DNA of 43,160 nucleotides from Catajapyx aquilonaris (lineage: Eukaryota), in assembly GCA_000934665.2 (NCBI GenBank), contig JYFJ02003420.1, forward strand, positions 1-43,160. The letters are read 5' to 3'. The position numbers and the translations under genes are program-made. The notes beneath the pieces were generated by a model. The model saw nothing but the letters and a program-made list of their open reading frames with translations, did not search any database and was not told the origin of the DNA. Shown here one piece after another: positions 36,147 through 43,160 of the stretch. Every line of letters starts with the position of its first letter. The stretch's first letter is position 1.

Positions 36147-39100
36147 TGAATGAATCATTTCCATAGTTACTTAATTTAAAAAATTTCATCCTTTTCAATA
36201 CAGAACATTGCATGCGGGTTAGTGGAATAGCTTCAATATTCCATTAGAAACTTCATAATCTAAACAGAGACACCCCAAATTCCAACGTATTGCTCCGAGT
36301 CTCCGAGAGCACCATATTTTCAAGTATAGATTCCATGATTCAAACGGAGATTCAAACGGAGATGCCTGTATCCCAGTGTACATTGCATCTGATATATATC
36401 GGGACGGCAAGAGGGATTTCCAGATCTCTTTTCATGGCGTACGAGACTTTCGCGATTGTGAAAACCTGACAAAGGCGAACTAAACCACACTTAACCAAAC
36501 ACTAAAGGAAGAAAAAAGTCGTACAATGTTCGGCCGTTAAAGCACTACAAGAAGGAGGAACTTGAGTAAACTGAAATGAGTGCATATATATTCTGCGCCA
36601 AAAAGGGGGGGATTTCGTACCTAGAAGACTCTTCTCCGAGATACCTCCAAGTCCGGAATGTTCTTTTGGACCCATAATCCCTTGCGCTGTTTTACTGCAG
36701 AAGGATGGGATGGTGACCTGGGCTTGAGAATGGCCCCGAGTTGATTGGACGGCGTCTGACTATGTCCGAAGTAAAGTAACTTGTCCCTTTCTGTATTGGT
36801 CCCACGCTATCTCGGTCCTCGACGAGAGGGAAAAAATGGCTTAACTCCTTCCTCAACCTACGATAGGGTTTTCCTGCAGCTGTTTTATTGATATTTTTAG
36901 CTGGTCTGCGGATTTTTACCACAAAAATATTCCTTGCACTTGTATGTTAATACTGACTGTTGATCAAAAGTTTGTATATTATTTTCCTGGAACTGGAACT
37001 ACGACAAGTGGGTGCTTGGATGCATATTGTACTGCATAAAATAATATGGCATGGCACATGATTTTGTTAGATAATAATATTTACAAACAACGAGAAACAT
37101 TGTTGCTCATCTGTAATGATTTAACTCACGCGGATAAATTCGATATGAAAAGCAAATAAAATAATGTGTCTGCTTTCGTAAAGTTAGTCAACTGTTTATA
37201 TCTCAAAATTATATTATCAGGGGAGTATATATGTTGAATAATTCTATTATCAGGACGTACAGTACATTATGTAACATGAACTGACAATATGGCAGGCTTA
37301 GTATTGTATGGTGATTTATTGAGTGCGTCAAAAATGCAATGGGTATTATTTGACATTTTGCTATACCCTTCTTTGGGCTGATACTGAACATGCAGTAATT
37401 CCGTAAGTTACCGTGCATTTTAACGATATAACAGAAATGCGCATGAAAATGAATATGTACAGTACAATATTGACAACACACTCCTGCAGCCAGTAACCCA
37501 CACTATAATGTCTAGCAATACAGTTCAAATCATGCCAATTTCGAAAGTCAAGTTTTTTGAAAATTATACTGTCATTAGTAAAAATAATAACAACAGTGTC
37601 AGCAACAACAACAATTAATAATTATAATAGTCTAATAATAACTCGCCTTATTTTATAAGTTTTTGTCGGCTTCATAAACACTGATAAAAAGAAGCCATTA
37701 ACTGGCATAATTGAATGTGGCCATACTAAAAATGTTTACTAGGTGGCTCGACAAGGGACTTGTCACGAGTTTAAAAAAAAGACACCGGGATCCTGGAACC
37801 GCAAAATAAATCGCGGCAGCAGCAATGGCCGCATTTGTACGCATTTGGCCGTTGAAGACCCTGGATTTTCCATTTATTCCCGAAGTTCTAGCCCGGCTTT
37901 AAAATCAATTAAACCTACATACTAGGCTTTTCACTTCAAACGTTGGCCTACTCAGTAAGAGGAGGGATTTGAAATTTCACTTCCCATGTACAACACTATC
38001 ATAGATTGTTGTCGTACTAAAGCCACTGCTACCTAAAGGCACCTAAAGCCACGGCAGAAAATGTACTTTAAAAATCACTGGCCACAATGTCTAGAAAATA
38101 TGGATGATTACAAGTTTCCAGCCTGAAAATTGAAACAAGTTTAGCGAAGTTTTGGTCGCAAATCTAATTTTGCATCGATTTTTTAGTAGAAGTAGAAAAT
38201 AATGCGGCATATTCATGATTACCTCCCATGCCAGCGTGTCCTGATGTATAACTTTGGGATTGATAAATATGGTAATCTGTTAGTATACTGATAGCGATTT
38301 CTTCCAAGTTTCGATAAAATATTGAAGAGCTGCAGCTTAAGAAATTCGTCGTGTTTCGGAGAGAGTTTACAAGTTTCCGCTGGTAAGTTTAAATATCGCC
38401 TAGGATATTTTAGGTGCTCGTAAAGCGGATTCCTGTGGGCTAAGGCGTTATTGTTGCGAGTTTACAAGTAGCGCTTCGAGTGGGGCATTAAGCAACATTC
38501 GCTGGCTCCCAAATTGGACAATATTGCCCAAAAACTTGAACGATGCATTGTCTCCCAAGTTTCGGAAGTTTTGTCATCACCAGCTACTCAGCAATGCATG
38601 TAGCCGAAACTCTAAAATAATTTAATCAACTGTCGGTATGGTGATATCTTTTTTAAATGGACATTTCTTCTCACGCACAGCTACATGAATAGGTTTTCTT
38701 ATGTCCGATTTACTGAATGATTTTAAAAATAAGGAAATAAACCTAAAATAGAGCAATAAACCAAACCAACTAATAATTCACAATTCGGATTTCAGATTTG
38801 TAGCTTTCAGATATATTCATGTGTGAATGACTCTGTACGGCACTTATAGACCTTAATGTTCGTTTTAGTATAGGCCCTACCGGAAATATCCAACTAATCA
38901 GTCTGGGACCTGATATCAAGGGGGTGGAAAGAAATAAAAGCTATAATATATTTATGGCGGTGCCTAACTTTCAAGAACATCCAGGATATTCCTTCTGGAA
39001 ATTAACTTCGCCAAAATTTTATTCTGGCCGTTTTTTATGTTATATCTCATCCAAAGCCGTGTATTTGATTTTTGCAGCCAAATACTAATTGGATTACTGG

Positions 39101-39666
39101 GAATGGAGTCGACCTCTCCCGTAGCAATTTGGTCCATCGAAATTGTTCCCCCGGATATTAAATCAAGAGGGGTCCATATCTGTAAAGGACCAGGAACGTC
39201 CGAGTGACCATTACCAGGGGATTTAATGCCCTTATCACGAATGGGCGCCATTTTTGTGGGCCTGTAGCTATATATAGTCCTTCCCTTGCGAAGACCGTTT
39301 TTAGTTAGAACAGGGGTCGAAAGCTCCTTGCAACTGGTTACAAAGGATTGGAACAAGCTGAGCAAATTGGGGAGGTGGGCCAAATGCCAGCCTGCCAGCA
39401 TGGGTAGGTTTGAGGAGGAGGAGGGTGGGGGTGGGGGTTGCCTGGAGGGGATATAACGATGGAGCCAGGTTGCTCGAATGCGGATCTGTCCTTGGCACCA
39501 CACATCTGCATCACCAGGAAAAGCAACTCTAGTGGCACCAGAAGTTCCTAACTGACCATCCTAATGGCGATTTATGCTGCTCTGAATCTAAATGTGCTGC
39601 AATCAGGCGTTCATCATGATTGTGCATGTGCCTGGCTGATCATCGATATACTATAGAATAGAAGTT

Positions 39667-40003
39667 TTTTTTTTCATTACCCCATGGGGGGAGTTATACT
39701 ACTCCTTAGGGGGGGTGGGTTGCCACCTTTGGAATTTGTTTTGGAGCGAGTTTAAGAAGAATCTTAATTAGTATGCTCCAAGGGTGGGTGGGAGGGGATG
39801 TGCAAAGTGCAAGTGCAATGTCTCTAATCGTCATTTTGTGAACTCCCCCGGGTGGCTTAGTCTGCCGGAAATTGCCACCCGAAACGAAGCCAGAGATGGC
39901 CCAACTCTGCACGAAAGAAGGTGGGAACCCCGGGTGGGGATTGAACCCGGGACCTTAACTTCCGTGGGCGCGCGCGTTACCGCGGCGCCACTCCGTCTCC
40001 CCG
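39667..40003 (-). mobile_element. tRNA-derived SINE (family B), full length
   Basis: A-box-like TGGCGCCGCGG, B box GGTTCAATCCC, poly-A tail. Perfect 15-bp TSD tatagaatagaagtt at 39652-39666 and 40004-40018. Confidence 0.92.
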
Positions 40004-41769
40004 TATAGAATAGAAGTTGGCAATAATATTACGGTACCCTTCCTCGGGTCATCGATAAGTAGCAACCGCTTACAATGGAATGAACCATGATTGCTCTCCT
40101 CTCCTGCCAACGGGAAGGTTTTCAAGATTCGTGGATTCTCTCCTAGGAAACCAATTTTGAATAATAGAACCATGTCTTTTCAAATGATGCCTCCTCTTTG
40201 CATCATACAAAGATATCTCTCAGCAATGGACGATGCTCCATGCAATCAATTTCTTTATTAGACCTGCCATCCAAACTTAGATTTGGTAGTCTGTTTTCAA
40301 CAGTGCCATTAGAGTCAGTCTTGTAATGGTGAGTGAATGGATGGGGAAAAATAGTTTTCCTTCCCTACGAAGTGGACCATTCTTAGAGAATGAGGCCAAA
40401 ATTGTAAGGTGCAGTTGAAAATCGGTTATCGGCTAGGAAATTTGGGCTCTGCCATAGTGAGAGAAGTCAGGTGAAGGCGAGTGAAATGGGATTAATCGGA
40501 TGGAAAGAGGCACGATTGGTCTATTAGTCAAAATCTGGGGGACTGGGAGCGGCGCTAGGTCTGAATTTGGTTTGAAGCAAGTACTGGATGAAATCGTATC
40601 AGAGGCCTGCTTTTATCCGGGCAAAATTGAATGATCCTGATTGAAATGGGTCGAGCGCGCGTTGGAAGGGAAGCTCCCTTTGCGTACTGTCAAATGGGGC
40701 TGAAATTCATTTTGTCCTGGTGCAAAGCGCGTGAATTTCAACCCCACTACCCTAACCCTTCTTTCTTCCACCTTCTGCCGGACGAGAGATCCCAAAACCT
40801 ACCCCCAGATCCTGGCTCTCTTGATGGAAACTGCGTGAGGGCATAATGGAAGAGTCCAATTGCAACAAGTTCACTTTTGACCGGAAATGAATTGACGCCA
40901 GTTTATATTACGCATCGTCCATCCTGCCAACACATTACAGTGAAGCCTGCCTATATGCGACTCTGGACACTTGTTTACCCAGGGGGGTGGCCACTCCCCA
41001 CCTTTTTGTGTGCACCTTAGCTGATCTCCCCCACCGCGGGGGTTTGCCACGATGGGGCTGCATCTCGGACCCGAAGACAGGTGGCGCCGCCACTAGCGGG
41101 AAATTCTGAACCATTTCGGTCGGCTCCGATTGGCTGAGTAGTTAAAGGAAGGGTTCAGTGATTTTGCATGTTGGGCTTCAAAGATCAAGGGAGACTCCCT
41201 GATTCCAAAAATGTGGTCAGTTTTTGAATCTGACGCCGCGTAAGCAAATTCCGTTAGGTGAAAGTCGAAACCGCTACTGTATTCGATACGGTACTCGTAC
41301 AGCTAGCGCCTCCCGCGGAGATCCCGGTAACCTGCATGGGCCACCTTCGGCTTAGCATCGCTAAGGTGCACGGGGGAGCAATGTACTGGTATAAGGAGTG
41401 CCCGGGACCTGTGTTTACCGCTCTAAACGTTTGCGGTTCCGGCAGCTAGACGTGATTTTCTCTGTTTTTGACGGACATAGCGGAACGTGGGTAAGACGGA
41501 AACTGACAACGTTTTAGGAGTTTTGGGCATTCAGAAATAAAAACCCTGCCCATAACGGAATTAATACTGATACTTGTTTTTGACGATTTTGACTGCACTA
41601 CCTAGCTTGATAAGTTTTGAATCCCGATGCACGCTGGTAGTGGAACTCATCCTGCATGCCAGGTGACCATTCCTGCACGGATGTTTGACGGGCTACCTGG
41701 CGAGCAGGATGATCATATCACAACCTCATCTTTATCCATAATGAAGCCGAAATGGCCAAATTCAAGTAG

Positions 41770-41771
<2 letters not shown>

Positions 41772-41833
<62 letters not shown>

Positions 41834-41870
41834 CCTCCCTCCCTCCCTCCCCCTCCCTCCCTCCCTCTCC
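41772..41870. repeat. (TC)n microsatellite followed by a (CCCT)n polypyrimidine tract
   Basis: Read directly from the sequence. Confidence 0.95.
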
Positions 41871-42784
41871 CGCTCTTTATCGCCACCTTAAAAATGCGCA
41901 ACAAACCTTACATTCACATTCTATCATCCTGTAAGACGGAAAATTGTCACGAAAAGAGCGATGCCTCTATGTATAAGTTACAGTTGCACTGCGATATGAT
42001 AATGAATTAGAATACTCTTTTGACAAATGAAAGTCCCAAGTACAACCCAATAGGAAGGTTAAATCGCTTCCCTTACTGTTGTTGTTCTTATTAAGTTATA
42101 TGCATTTAAAGGTGCGACGAAAATGCCATGACCTTATATCTAACCGCCATAGAAAGGAACTACTCCATGCAGACAATGTATTGTTCCTAAAGAAATCTTA
42201 TTCTTCATCGAGCAAGCTGGAGCTCCGCGGGTAGTCTTGGATATGTTTCAGAAAACAGAGCGAAACTCGGTCAATGCCACTCCAATCTGAGTTGTGAAAC
42301 TTGAAAAGTCAAATGCCTCAAGTTTTGTGCATTGTCACTGAAAGTGGGTCGCAGTAGGTCCTCTTCTTTTTTTTGTCTAAAATTTATGCTCCTTCATCCT
42401 CCTCCCAGCCCACCCTATTGGACAAGCGACGTCTCCGGTTGTGAGCGATGACTTCGGAGCCACTCCCAAGAGAAATCGAGTTGAGATTCATAGTTTTTGG
42501 TCTAGGTGGCACCGAACTGGATGATTATTCCGGGGGAGTGGTAGTCTTGGCACGTGCACGGAGGAGGAGGAGGAGGAGGAGAGGGGTGGATGCGAATGAG
42601 TGGTATATATGACCTGCGTAAAAGCTCCGAAAATTACGAGCCCCATCCCGTCAGGCAATGCAGGCTGGGGACGTATCAACGACGCCATCATCACTGCCAA
42701 GATGGACTCTCAAAGTTTCATTGGAGCGTGGAGCTCGCTTGGAGCCGAGGGGCCTCGGCGCCTCTCATTATAAACAACACGGCC

Positions 42785-42819
42785 ATGAATGACTTTATCA
42801 ACAATGGGGGCAGTGGTGG
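42785..42819 (+). CDS. Candidate alternative first coding exon (MNDFINNGGSG + GG, phase 2; frame open upstream to ATG 42590)
   Basis: GCC ATG context and strong donor TGG|GTAAGG, downstream of (GGA)7 and TATATA at 42604. Out-of-frame upstream ATGs are present. Confidence 0.3.
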
Positions 42820-42991
42820 GTAAGGAAGAGAGGATAGGGTGTTGTTAAGGTGCTTACGTTTACGGGAACTGGGACACTCAATGATGGAAGGGCTACTTAA
42901 AATGTGGTTGCGTTTAAGAGCTGTAATCGTAGGTTATAATCGTATGGGAAAATACAACGGAGGCGATTTTTCGCTATAGACATTTTTGCTG

Positions 42992-43054
<63 letters not shown>

Positions 43055-43061
43055 ATTATTA

Positions 43062-43130
<69 letters not shown>
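42992..43130. repeat. Compound microsatellite (CTA)~20 (TTA)~26
   Basis: Read directly from the sequence. Confidence 0.97.
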
Positions 43131-43131
<1 letters not shown>

Positions 43132-43160
43132 GGAACCAACTTTAGTTTATTGTAAAGCTC

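Noticed and set aside
38964..39503. 179-aa minus-strand ORF
   Set aside because: Non-ATG start, low-complexity P/S run, no recognisable domain and no convincing splice signals.
41085..41100. CTCF-like AGGTGGCGC motif or LTR primer-binding site TGGCGCC
   Set aside because: A single partial motif, with no LTR pair or gag/pol remnants nearby.
41627..42010. ORFs with SLSLSL / RERERE runs
   Set aside because: Translation of the (TC)n microsatellite.

Overview
Eukaryotic (metazoan, probably invertebrate) genomic DNA, mostly intronic or intergenic, roughly 40% GC by eye, with three single-N joins (912, 12178, 21966). No intact long protein-coding ORF is supported. The window is dominated by non-autonomous mobile DNA: about 14 palindromic/foldback MITE-like elements (TA-TSD Tc1/mariner-type, a near-perfect 671-bp TTAA-flanked Kolobok-type palindrome, a pogo/Tigger-like host element, and a two-copy family with asymmetric ends and 8-bp TSDs), a collapsed Tc1/mariner transposase relic, three families of tRNA-derived SINEs and a truncated LINE-like tail. 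Four otherwise unrelated retroposed inserts end in the same nested 3' stem-loop with compensatory changes. Between the repeats are several GC/purine-rich promoter-like islands on the + strand, each followed by a short ATG-to-GT-donor candidate exon (best at 27940-28007). Three of these end in phase 2, which suggests alternative first exons of one large gene whose shared exons lie downstream of the window. The gene and organism cannot be identified from this sequence alone, and nothing here demonstrates a new biological system.
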